A stretch of DNA of 64,000 nucleotides from Candidatus Aenigmatarchaeota archaeon (lineage in GTDB: Archaea > Aenigmatarchaeota > Aenigmatarchaeia > PWEA01 > JACQIF01). Shown one piece after another: positions 48,577 to 57,228 of the stretch (positions are counted from its first letter, which is position 1; the number at the start of each line of letters is the position of its first letter). A program made the translations under genes and the position numbers. The DNA lies in assembly GCA_016432325.1 (NCBI GenBank), contig CP066684.1:224001-288000 (forward strand). The letters run 5' to 3'. The notes under the pieces were generated by a model that searched no databases, was not told the origin of the DNA, and worked only from the letters and a program-made list of their open reading frames with translations.

Positions 48577-49176
48577 TTATATCGTCTGCCGCGGCTCCGC
48601 GCTGTCTCTCCCTTTGGCTTCCGGTGGACCGGTTTCGCGCGCCTGTTCGCCAAGAGGGAGATCGGCTATCTTTCGATAAAGCGACGGCCCGTCGCGCATG
48701 ACGCTTTCGTAGTAGCTCACGCCGCTGACGACGAACTCTCCCAGCTCAAAATCGTCGTGGCGCTCAACAATTTCCCCAAGTCCCAGAGAATCCTGTCCAA
48801 GCGCCCTTCTGTACAAGGTCATGTGCGGAACGTATGTTTTATTGGGCTCCCGGCCAAGACTATGCAGCAGGGAGTCGTTGACGCGCCTGTTGAGGTCCGT
48901 AAACTCTTCCCGGCCCTCGGCTACTGTCACGTGAAGGGTCCACTCGTCGAAAGCCAGGCCCCGCAAACGGATCTTGAAGGGAGCTACTCCTGAGATAACG
49001 GGCCTCGCCGCCTCTTCCACGGCTGTCGTGTCCGGCGTTTCTCCCAGAAACCTGACGGTTATGTGCGAGTTGGGCTGAGGCAACAGGCCGTCCACATGGG
49101 AAAAGTTCCCCTGAATTGAATATACTTTCTCACGAAATGACGCGGGGATGTTCACGGCCAGGAAGGTTTTGTTCAT
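48577..49176 (-). CDS. thpR: RNA 2',3'-cyclic phosphodiesterase (2H family)
   Basis: HITVRFLGE and PHMTL. Confidence 0.85.
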   Translation of the reverse strand: MNKTFLAVNIPASFREKVYSIQGNFSHVDGLLPQPNSHITVRFLGETPDTTAVEEAARPVISGVAPFKIRLRGLAFDEWTLHVTVAEGREEFTDLNRRVNDSLLHSLGREPNKTYVPHMTLYRRALGQDSLGLGEIVERHDDFELGEFVVSGVSYYESVMRDGPSLYRKIADLPLGEQARETGPPEAKGRDSAEPRQTI

Positions 49177-49226
49177 ACGAAATGTTGTGCGAACAATTAT
49201 TTAAAATGGTGCGCCGTTTTATAGTT

Positions 49227-49270
49227 CTTACGAACAGCGGTTCGTAAGTTTGCGAACCCTTGTTCGCAAA
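49227..49270. repeat. two abutting palindromes with CGAAC-N4-GTTCG cores
   Basis: CTTACGAACAGCGGTTCGTAAG and TTTGCGAACCCTTGTTCGCAAA. Confidence 0.65.
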
Positions 49271-49294
49271 TACCGCGCCGATCGCAGTAACTGT

Positions 49295-49723
49295 TTAGAT
49301 TTTCCTCGGCATGAAGTCCATGCCCACCATGACCTTCGTTATGCGCGTCGAGTTGCCCGCCGCCTTGGTGATAAGAGCCATGGCCTCCTCCGCGCTTTTC
49401 ATCCTGTTAATGCTCAGCAGCATCTCGCCGAACCGCGCGTTGCTGATAAAGAACATCGCCTTGCCTATGCAACTCTTTGATTTGATAGCCTTCCCGACGT
49501 CCGCTTCCAGTATCTGCGCCTGCCTCTCGGGCTTTACCTGCCCGCCCACGTTCAGTTTAAGTGCGCGTATGTCACCGAACCCAAGGACAACCTGTTTCTT
49601 GCCTCCGAGGTTGCCCTTCCTGTCCGCCGATATCATCCAGCGCTCGCCGCCGAGAATATGCTTCTCGTGGATTACAATATACTCGTTGCCGCTCTCTGTG
49701 GTAAGGATATAGCTGTCGTCCAT
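49295..49723 (-). CDS. hypothetical protein
   Basis: 142-aa ORF. Confidence 0.55.
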   Translation of the reverse strand: MDDSYILTTESGNEYIVIHEKHILGGERWMISADRKGNLGGKKQVVLGFGDIRALKLNVGGQVKPERQAQILEADVGKAIKSKSCIGKAMFFISNARFGEMLLSINRMKSAEEAMALITKAAGNSTRITKVMVGMDFMPRKI

Positions 49724-49775
49724 CGCATGAATTGAACGTTCTGCCTATTTAACTTTTCGCGTGCCATAGCGGGCC

Positions 49776-50978
49776 ATGCCAGTGGACTTCGGTTCTGTCC
49801 GAAAGCTCGAGGACGCCCAAATCAAGCAAGGCCAGCGATGGATATACTCTGCTGATTTCAACATCAAGCACGTCGGGACGACGCTAGAGAGCACAGGCAG
49901 AATAGACACCGAGATAGAGGATTTGAAACGGATAATCATAAACGGCGGACGCGTCGCGATTCTCGCACACAAGGGCCGTCACAAGGATGAAGATACGGAA
50001 GAACTCGATTATGTAGTCCCGTATCTCAGCAAGAAGCTCGGCGTGCAGTCCAAGTATCATTTCTCGAACAACTCCTACATGGCTGCAGACTTCATCGACA
50101 ACCTCAAACCCGGCGAAGTTGCCGTAATGGGCAATACGCGCGTGCACGAAGGAGAGGAAGAGAACAGCGCGTCCCTGGCAGAACAATACTCCCGCCTCGG
50201 CGAGCGCGTTGCCGTCGGAGGCTTCGGAAAGGCGCACAGGGTGAACGCGTCGAACGTCGGAATTCTTGACTATCTGCCCGGTTATGCAACGAGAAGCCAG
50301 CTGCGAGAGATGGAACTGCTGGCGCCGTGGACCGGCCGCTCCAAAGAGTACTCGGTAGCGGTCCTCGGAGGCGTGAAGAAGGAGAAGATAACCATCGGCC
50401 TCAAAGGCTTCGCAGAGACGTATGACGCTGTCATACCAGGAGGCATCGTGCTGAACACGGCGCTGCGCGTGATGGGCTACGACGTGGGAGACTCGGTTCT
50501 CGACGACGGAGGCAAGACGTTCGAGAATAACGTTAAAAAAATACTCGACGGTCCTAACGGCAACAGGGTGCTTCTGCCCGATACTGTCATGGTTGCAGAG
50601 AGAACAGAAAAAGGTTTCGGTCACTCAAGAAAAATCAAGATAAAGGAAGGCGTGCCGAAGGGCAGCGCCATCGTCGATTTCCTGCCGACGCAGAAGATAG
50701 CCGACGCGCTGGACCGTGTCGTAGACGAGCACGGCCGTCTCGTTGTCGCAGGGACGCCGGGCGTGATGATAAACGGCTATACGATAGCCACCAACACGGT
50801 GTTCACGAGATTGACAAAGCCCGGCGTACGGGGACTCGTCCTGGGAGGCGACACGACCGCCGAGATTAAGTACAAAGGCACTACGTCGACAGGAGGCGGC
50901 TCGGCGCTCGCGTTCGTAACGGACGGAACGACAGAGGTTTTCAAGGCTCTGCAGAAGAACAGGCTGGCGTTCGCTTAG
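49776..50978 (+). CDS. pgk: phosphoglycerate kinase
   Basis: DFN, AHKGR, NTR, AHR, LGGVK, GGDT, STGGG. Confidence 0.85.
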   Translation: MPVDFGSVRKLEDAQIKQGQRWIYSADFNIKHVGTTLESTGRIDTEIEDLKRIIINGGRVAILAHKGRHKDEDTEELDYVVPYLSKKLGVQSKYHFSNNSYMAADFIDNLKPGEVAVMGNTRVHEGEEENSASLAEQYSRLGERVAVGGFGKAHRVNASNVGILDYLPGYATRSQLREMELLAPWTGRSKEYSVAVLGGVKKEKITIGLKGFAETYDAVIPGGIVLNTALRVMGYDVGDSVLDDGGKTFENNVKKILDGPNGNRVLLPDTVMVAERTEKGFGHSRKIKIKEGVPKGSAIVDFLPTQKIADALDRVVDEHGRLVVAGTPGVMINGYTIATNTVFTRLTKPGVRGLVLGGDTTAEIKYKGTTSTGGGSALAFVTDGTTEVFKALQKNRLAFA

Positions 50979-51008
50979 GCTTTTATTCCACGTCTTCTCA
51001 TCTACAAC

Positions 51009-51419
51009 ATGCCGAAAGCGATGCCAAAAACGGAGACAGAGTGGAAGAAGAAGCTCGCGCCTGAACAGTACCGCGTTCTCCGACAGTGCGGGACAGAACT
51101 TCCTTTCACGGGCAAGTGGCTCCACAACAAGGAGACGGGCATGTACGTGTGCGGGGCTTGCGGCGCCGAGCTGTTTCCATCGGACACAAAATTCGACTCC
51201 GGAACGGGCTGGCCGAGCTTCTGGGACGCCGCGTCCGCGAAAGCCGTCAAGCTCAAGGAAGACCGCGCGCTGGGGATGACGCGCGTCGAAGTCACGTGCG
51301 CCAAGTGCGGCGGCCATCTGGGACACCTGTTCAACGACGGGCCTCGGCCAACAGGACAAAGGTACTGCATAAACTCTGCTGCGCTGGACTTTAAGAAAGG
51401 AGCACGACGTCACGCGTAG
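51009..51419 (+). CDS. msrB: peptide-methionine (R)-S-oxide reductase
   Basis: [31 protein letters not shown]. Confidence 0.96.
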   Translation: MPKAMPKTETEWKKKLAPEQYRVLRQCGTELPFTGKWLHNKETGMYVCGACGAELFPSDTKFDSGTGWPSFWDAASAKAVKLKEDRALGMTRVEVTCAKCGGHLGHLFNDGPRPTGQRYCINSAALDFKKGARRHA

Positions 51420-51961
51420 AGCGCTACTCCAAGGAACGAACCTATGGCATAGCCGGCCAGAGCCGCAAGCATTCCTATCGAAGCCATCTCTATCCCGCCT
51501 GCGAACGGGTTGCCCATCGTTATCTTGTTCTTGACAAAGCCAGTCGCGAACAAAACAAGCGTCGAGATGACGAGAGCCGCGATGGTAGCTGCGCCTATAT
51601 CGAGCACGATGAACGGTACGAGAGGCACCAGAGAGCCTACAACGGCGGCCGCGCCTATCACAAGAGCGCTGCGCAACGGGTTCTCCCACGCGTCGATGAC
51701 TACTCTATGCACGCGCTTCGGCGCCGTGCTTGCGTAGTACTCCTTGGCCGCCTTGGAGGACGTGTAACCGACGGCCGCCATTGAAATTGATTCGGCGAAA
51801 GTGGCGGCGAGGCCTGCGATGATGACGACGCGCGTGTCGTGCGTCGCGCTTGCGACCGCAAGGATTACGCCCAGAACGTTAACAAGGCCGTCCTGGCCGC
51901 CGAGTATTATGTCGCGGAGGTTTGAGCCCGTGTTTGAATCGACTGTCTTGCGCGTTGGCAT
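51410..51961 (-). CDS. VIT1/CCC1 family transporter
   Basis: [16 protein letters not shown]. Confidence 0.88.
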   Translation of the reverse strand: MPTRKTVDSNTGSNLRDIILGGQDGLVNVLGVILAVASATHDTRVVIIAGLAATFAESISMAAVGYTSSKAAKEYYASTAPKRVHRVVIDAWENPLRSALVIGAAAVVGSLVPLVPFIVLDIGAATIAALVISTLVLFATGFVKNKITMGNPFAGGIEMASIGMLAALAGYAIGSFLGVALYA

Positions 51962-52055
51962 GAGGTTCTTAGATATGCATGGGATTTAAAGAATGAACGC
52001 GTGTAAAAACCGAAAGGTTTAATAACGAGCCGCGCCCACATACTTCGGTGGTTCC

Positions 52056-52697
52056 ATGGCGAACAGCGTGAATGTATCGATTCTCGGCACTGGCAACGTA
52101 GCGTCGAACCTCGCGAAGGGCCTTTCCAAGAGCGGCTACGCTGTGATGCTCGGTTCCAGAACGCCCGCGGAGGCGAAGAAAAAGATGGGCGCGCTGCCTG
52201 CCGACGTAACGGTCGGAACGCTCAAAGAGGCGGCCAAGTTCGGAGACGTTATTTTTACGGCAATTCCCTTCGCTTCTCTACCCGAGACAATCGAAGCCAT
52301 CGGCCCCGAAAACCTGCGCGGCAAAATAATCGTCGATAACACCAACGTTCTTACGCCTTCGTTCGAGTGGGCCATCGGGTTCTCCACATCAGGCGCCGAA
52401 GAGTTGGCCAAGCTCGTCCCGGGCGCGCGCGTTGTCAAGGCCTTCAACACGGTCTTCGCCGAGCACATGGGTGTTGGAACTCTCGGCAAGGAGAAGCTCA
52501 CGGTTTTCGCCGCTGGCGACGACGAGGCGAGCAAGAACGTCGTGCGCACGTTGGCCGAGTCGATAGGCTTCGAGACTGTCGACGCGGGCCCTCTGAAGTC
52601 GGCGCGATATCTGGAAGCGATGGGAATCCTGAACATAACTCTGGGATACGGCCTGAAGATGGGCTCGAGGATTGGATTGAGACTTGTGAAGGAGTGA
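52056..52697 (+). CDS. NADP oxidoreductase, F420-dependent family
   Basis: LGTGNVA, GSR, VDNTN, SGAE, VVKAFN, VDAG. Confidence 0.88.
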   Translation: MANSVNVSILGTGNVASNLAKGLSKSGYAVMLGSRTPAEAKKKMGALPADVTVGTLKEAAKFGDVIFTAIPFASLPETIEAIGPENLRGKIIVDNTNVLTPSFEWAIGFSTSGAEELAKLVPGARVVKAFNTVFAEHMGVGTLGKEKLTVFAAGDDEASKNVVRTLAESIGFETVDAGPLKSARYLEAMGILNITLGYGLKMGSRIGLRLVKE

Positions 52698-52780
52698 ATA
52701 ACTGAATTCTTAACAATATCTTCCGATCCAGAACCGCGCGTTTTATATAGTTGCCAAACCAATTCAATAATGTGAACCCC

Positions 52781-52987
52781 ATGAGGCAAGTCATAATCTA
52801 CAAAGGAGAAGACAATTATTGGGTGGCCGAATGCCCGTCCCTTCCGGGATGCATTTCTCAAGGCAAAACGAGAGAGGAGGCCGTCGCAAACATAAAAGAA
52901 GCCATAGAAGGTTACATCGAAACTCTGAAGCAGGATAAGCTTCCTGTTCCAAAAGAGCACTACGACACTATGATGGTTGCCGTATGA
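52781..52987 (+). CDS. hicB: HicB-family antitoxin (short form)
   Basis: CPSLPGCISQGKTREEAVANIKEAI. Confidence 0.92.
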   Translation: MRQVIIYKGEDNYWVAECPSLPGCISQGKTREEAVANIKEAIEGYIETLKQDKLPVPKEHYDTMMVAV

Positions 52988-53202
52988 AACTTCCCGTTGT
53001 TTCTGGAAGGGAGACGGTCAAGGCTTTGGCCAAAGTCGGGTTCTCACTCAGGCACAGAAAAGGCAGTCATATGATCCTGAGGCGCGACAACCCGTTTACA
53101 CAACTGACCGTGCCAGACCATAAAGAGCTGGACAGAGGAACGTTAAGGGCTATCATCAGGCAGGCCGGGTTGACTGTGGAACAGTTCACAGACCTTTTGT
53201 AA
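52984..53202 (+). CDS. hicA: HicA-family toxin
   Basis: KGSH, TVPDHKEL..GTLRAIIRQAG. Confidence 0.92.
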   Translation: MKLPVVSGRETVKALAKVGFSLRHRKGSHMILRRDNPFTQLTVPDHKELDRGTLRAIIRQAGLTVEQFTDLL

Positions 53203-53408
53203 TTTCCGGTGTGGAATCTTATCCGCGGCCTATAAATGAAAACGAGTGTTTGCTCAATCTCATATGTGAAGTAGATGTCAGTAGTTAACCATATCAAAGA
53301 GGACTGGTGCGATGGCCGCTTCCCACCCCCAGAGTGCGGTGCGTCGTTAGGATAACTTTTACCGGCGTTCGTCTGTTGGGAGGGCTTGTATTTATAGATT
53401 TTTAGGGC

Positions 53409-54233
53409 TCACCCGAATTGATTTTTCCAGTCTTCCAATATCTGTTTTAACCTTTTGACTTCCCTTTCTGGAAGGGGATTATGATGATCTACTATGTTTC
53501 TAGATAGTTTCACCGCTTTCTCAAATGTAACAGGCCATAGTTCCAAATCGAGAAGATTCTTAAAAACTTCGTGCTCTTTGCGCATTATGTAGACCAAATC
53601 CTCCAAGTCAGTATAGAACAATTCGTGTGACCCGCGTGGGGCGTGCCATTTGTTAATCCCTTCCAATGCCTTTCTGGATTTAACCTCGTTGAGCAAACTA
53701 CTTCTGATTCCTGCTTTGTGCCACCAGTCGGCACCGTATTTTTGTGATAGGGTATTATGAATAAAATGTCGCAGAGAATTTTCGAGTAAGTAGAGAATAA
53801 CATACGGTTCTGCCATTCTTTGTGCATCTTCTTCCACCGCATCATCGATAAAGGGAATCGAGGAGGGCATTCTGAATCGAGGTTTTATTCTTCTCGGTAT
53901 GTCTCTAGGGTCTTGATCATCTTCTCTAAGGTCTACATGTAGCCATTGATCTAGAACACCGAGAAGCTTGAGCTGCGGTACCTTTTCATAGATTTCTGAG
54001 CGATCATTGGTGCCGATTTGTCTAATCAGGCCATATCCATGATCGTTGAACCTATTGATGGCCTTGCTCATTGTAGGTTGTGGTATAGAAAGTCTCGTGG
54101 AAAGCTCCTTTACGGATTCCTTTTTGCTGATGTTCTTTAGGATTCTTAGTCTAATTGGAGAATTCCCCACAGCCTCTTGAAACTTTTTTATCAAGTCTCT
54201 TTTTTCCCGGGTCAACACCTTCAAGACAATCAC
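53409..54233 (-). CDS. wHTH + Swt1-like HEPN domain protein
   Basis: N-terminal HTH; YLLENSLRHFI, WW, YTDLEDL, RNIVDH (RX4H). Confidence 0.82.
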   Translation of the reverse strand: MIVLKVLTREKRDLIKKFQEAVGNSPIRLRILKNISKKESVKELSTRLSIPQPTMSKAINRFNDHGYGLIRQIGTNDRSEIYEKVPQLKLLGVLDQWLHVDLREDDQDPRDIPRRIKPRFRMPSSIPFIDDAVEEDAQRMAEPYVILYLLENSLRHFIHNTLSQKYGADWWHKAGIRSSLLNEVKSRKALEGINKWHAPRGSHELFYTDLEDLVYIMRKEHEVFKNLLDLELWPVTFEKAVKLSRNIVDHHNPLPEREVKRLKQILEDWKNQFG

Positions 54234-54442
54234 TGCCGCTTTATCTTTCTTGAAGTTCTCTGGCGTCTTATTGAGCTGGCGGACTTTCCTAATAGGCTCC
54301 CGATTTCCTCCGACGTGAGACCATTTGCAGTCATTATCTTAATCTGCGTCCTCTCATCTTTCCCCTGAGCCGCCACAACTGCTAATAGCCTATCAAGCTT
54401 GCGATTCGTTTCCCTCAAAAGCTCCGATGCTCTATCACTCAT
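54230..54442 (-). CDS. small coiled-coil + HTH protein
   Basis: LDRLL...GLTSEEIGSLLGKSASSIRR. Confidence 0.7.
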   Translation of the reverse strand: MSDRASELLRETNRKLDRLLAVVAAQGKDERTQIKIMTANGLTSEEIGSLLGKSASSIRRQRTSRKIKRQ

Positions 54443-54680
54443 TGTTGTCGCCCCCTTTGCCCTTTACGTGTTTTTTGGCCCTTCTTGCCCGCGAGAGGAT
54501 GGTACTGACGCTCTCTGGAGTAGTGCCAACAACGCTGGCGATTTCTGACGGCCGCAGATTACATTGATCGAGGAGGGTTATCCTGTCCGTCATGGTCAAA
54601 CCACGAGTACTCGACAACGCTATTATACGCATAAGTTTATCCAACCTAACCGTAAGCTCTTTGAATTGTCTGTCGTCCAA
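54435..54680 (-). CDS. small coiled-coil + HTH protein
   Basis: LDKLM...LRPSEIASVVGTTPESVSTILSR. Confidence 0.7.
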   Translation of the reverse strand: MDDRQFKELTVRLDKLMRIIALSSTRGLTMTDRITLLDQCNLRPSEIASVVGTTPESVSTILSRARRAKKHVKGKGGDNNE

Positions 54681-54684
54681 GATA

Positions 54685-55002
54685 TCACCTTGCCCTAACG
54701 TAATATTTTTCCTTGCCCCCTCCCCGAGCTTCTCTGATTAAACCCGCATTCTGTAGAAGGGCAACATTCTGACTTATCTGTTGGATCGATTTGCTCGTCT
54801 CTGCCGCTATCTGACCTACCGATCGTTTGCCGTTACATAGCTCATAAATCTTTTTACGCAGCGTTGATTTACCCAACATCCGTTGCTTCGATGCTTCCAA
54901 AACCTCAGCATTGACAACGGTGGAGAGCTCGACTAGTTCTTGTAACCTATCTTGGATTTTATACAGGGCAAGGAGTATTTCAGCTTCGTTATCCTTAACC
55001 AT
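54685..55002 (-). CDS. ArsR-like wHTH protein with N-terminal coiled coil
   Basis: RKKIYELCNG.RSVGQIA..SIQQISQNVALLQNAGLI. Confidence 0.75.
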   Translation of the reverse strand: MVKDNEAEILLALYKIQDRLQELVELSTVVNAEVLEASKQRMLGKSTLRKKIYELCNGKRSVGQIAAETSKSIQQISQNVALLQNAGLIREARGGGKEKYYVRAR

Positions 55003-55062
55003 ATCAATCGTTTCATTAAACGAGAGTTAACCTTAAATACACGACGTTACCATATAACACTG

Positions 55063-55788
55063 TTATATTTCCTTGCCTGTCACAAACGGCGCCCTCCCGA
55101 GAAGCGCCTGCGCGAACTCCGCCTCCGTTATGACCGCCGGCTTGAGCAACTTGATCCCCGTCAGCAGCTCCTTCGGCGCGTCCAGCTGGCCGCAGATGCC
55201 GATGGCGCGGGCTTCCACGCCGTCCGCCGCCGAGAGTTTCTTGAGAATCTTTTCATCGGTGCCGAGGGAAAGCACCAGCACGAAATATTTTGTAAGCGCG
55301 TCTAGTATCGAAAGCTTGTCCGTATGAACGAAGCCATAACTCGGAACGGAGAAGGCCGCTGTTAGCAGTCTCTCCTGGACCTCCTTCGAATAGAAGAATC
55401 GTTCGAGTAGTTCATAATCCTTCGTAGTCGGCAGGCGTCCGCCGGCCTCCTTGACGCGCTTCCTCGCGTCCGCGGCCGCGTCATCCCAATATTCCCACAG
55501 CGGCTTCAGCGTCGATTGGTAGAAGACCATTCGCCCGTAGCGGCCGTTGGCCGCCCGCTCGTACTTCTTGATGCCGCGGACGCGCTTCAGGTATTCGTCC
55601 CTCGAAACGTCAGCCTTCGCTACGTAGCCGCGGCTGCGCAGCCACTTCAGCTCGGCGATGAGATACTTCTTCGACGTCCGAACCGTCGCCTGAAGGGTCT
55701 TCAGGCTCTGAGGCGCGATGAGCGTCATCAGATAGACGCTGAGCGTGAGAGTCTTTGCCAGCTTCGCGTAGGGCCGTGTGCGCTTCAT
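55063..55788 (-). CDS. hypothetical protein, probable wHTH
   Basis: ELKWLRSRGYV; divergent from the RHH gene. Confidence 0.5.
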   Translation of the reverse strand: MKRTRPYAKLAKTLTLSVYLMTLIAPQSLKTLQATVRTSKKYLIAELKWLRSRGYVAKADVSRDEYLKRVRGIKKYERAANGRYGRMVFYQSTLKPLWEYWDDAAADARKRVKEAGGRLPTTKDYELLERFFYSKEVQERLLTAAFSVPSYGFVHTDKLSILDALTKYFVLVLSLGTDEKILKKLSAADGVEARAIGICGQLDAPKELLTGIKLLKPAVITEAEFAQALLGRAPFVTGKEI

Positions 55789-55914
55789 AATACAACGTTC
55801 ACGCGCCCGGTTAAATAGGCACGTGCCCTAAGGTTTCCTAAAAGCAACTTCTGACGCCCGACGAGGAACCTTAAGCGGGTGATAACTATATACCACCGCC
55901 GGTAGTAAACTGTC

Positions 55915-56193
55915 ATGGCAAACAGAACCCGCGCGACGTTCACACTCGGTGTAAAGACCGTCGCGCGCTTGCGCGAAGCGTCCGCGATTGCCGGCCTGCC
56001 GATGTCGCAGTTGTGCGAGCAGGCCATTCTTGAAAAGGCGCGGAGCCTTCTGAAAAACGGCAATGGCCAGAAGCAGTGCAACGGTTCTTCATCCCCGATA
56101 GTCTGCCTCATAGTCGCCATTCTGAAAAAGTTCCTGGGAATCCCAGAGCAGAACGGTAACAAGAACGGAGCTGGTAACGGTGCCAATAATTAG
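55915..56193 (+). CDS. ribbon-helix-helix-like regulator
   Basis: RATFTL..LREASAIAGLPMSQLCEQAI. Confidence 0.6.
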   Translation: MANRTRATFTLGVKTVARLREASAIAGLPMSQLCEQAILEKARSLLKNGNGQKQCNGSSSPIVCLIVAILKKFLGIPEQNGNKNGAGNGANN

Positions 56194-56320
56194 GTTTGAG
56201 TCTCTGGAGGAGTTCTTCGCCTACATCGAGGAGCAGGGACGCAAGCGCGGCGTGGTGCTGATGAAAGAGCCGCCTGCGGCACCGGCGCCCAAGAAGGAGG
56301 TCGAACGCCGTGGACGCTGA
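56180..56320 (+). CDS. small hypothetical protein (46 aa)
   Basis: Not in ORF track; VPIIRFESLEEFFAYIEEQ..., overlaps both neighbours. Confidence 0.4.
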   Translation: MPIIRFESLEEFFAYIEEQGRKRGVVLMKEPPAAPAPKKEVERRGR

Positions 56321-56594
56321 CGAGATGCTTCCGAGCGTCAAGGGTTGGCGGTCGGCGGGTCTGAGCCAGATGGACATCGTGATAATGGTGCTCCGGCGGA
56401 ACATGCCCGGCGTTTCGCAGAGGCTGTTGGCCGAAATACTGGACATAAAACAGCCGGCGATAGCGCGGCGAGTCAGGACGCTCGAGAGATTCGGCTTCCT
56501 GAAGGAACGAAAAGAGGTGGTTGAGTATGAAGGCAAGATACGAGAGCAAGAGATTCCTGTGCGGCGACAAGCGGTCGCTGAGATTGGAGCTTGA
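56310..56594 (+). CDS. MarR/AsnC-like wHTH protein
   Basis: VSQRLLAEILDIKQPAIARRVRTLERFGFL. Confidence 0.7.
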   Translation: MDADEMLPSVKGWRSAGLSQMDIVIMVLRRNMPGVSQRLLAEILDIKQPAIARRVRTLERFGFLKERKEVVEYEGKIREQEIPVRRQAVAEIGA

Positions 56595-56865
56595 AGGCGG
56601 GGACTTGGCGTTGTTGTCCAAAGGCCCGCTCGCGGCGACTGCGCACTACAAAGGCGAGGCGCGGCCTGTTGAGCTGCGCATCGGCGAACATAAAGAGGAG
56701 CTGCGTTTGGATTCGCAGAGAGGAACGATGGACGACGCGAAGAATTACGTCGTGACGATGAGCCGCGGCGCGTACGAGTCGCTAGGGCCCGGAATGTTCG
56801 CCGGTGTCAGCGGACGGGACTACTGCGGAGGGGAGATACATGTGTCGACCGAAGAAAAAGATTAG
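56527..56865 (+). CDS. hypothetical protein
   Basis: In operon-like run. Confidence 0.45.
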   Translation: MKARYESKRFLCGDKRSLRLELEGGDLALLSKGPLAATAHYKGEARPVELRIGEHKEELRLDSQRGTMDDAKNYVVTMSRGAYESLGPGMFAGVSGRDYCGGEIHVSTEEKD

Positions 56866-57013
56866 GATCGTCAGCTCGCGGCTCACGACCGATATGAACG
56901 GCTTCCTGAGACGCGAGTGCTGCCGCCTGCGCGTCACAAGAAGCGAGTTCATACGCGTGTTCCTGTGGAAGGAATTGGCGCAACGCCTCAAGGCGATGGA
57001 GGCGTCGTTATGA
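56840..57013 (+). CDS. RHH/CopG-like protein
   Basis: IVSSRL...VTRSEFIR. Confidence 0.55.
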   Translation: MCRPKKKIRIVSSRLTTDMNGFLRRECCRLRVTRSEFIRVFLWKELAQRLKAMEASL

Positions 57014-57228
57014 CACAGCTCATAAGCTATCGCGGCCTGATGAGGCTCTACGAACTGTGGCGCGGCGGCTCGTCCATGCCTCCGGGATGGCGCGAGTCGG
57101 TTCGCCGTTACGTCGTTCATAAGCGCTGCCGCGTCCTGATTGACAGCGACGGCGTATCGCAGCTCGCCCAGGCGGAGCAGATGGCCAAGATGATGTTCGG
57201 TGGTGCGGATGCGCAAATGCCTGTTTGA
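57010..57228 (+). CDS. small hypothetical protein
   Basis: ATGA overlap with the upstream gene. Confidence 0.45.
   Translation: MTQLISYRGLMRLYELWRGGSSMPPGWRESVRRYVVHKRCRVLIDSDGVSQLAQAEQMAKMMFGGADAQMPV

Noticed and set aside
49231-49267. Firmicute-type LexA SOS boxes
   Set aside because: Sequence matches CGAAC-N4-GTTCG, but no lexA is visible and related palindromes also lie downstream of genes
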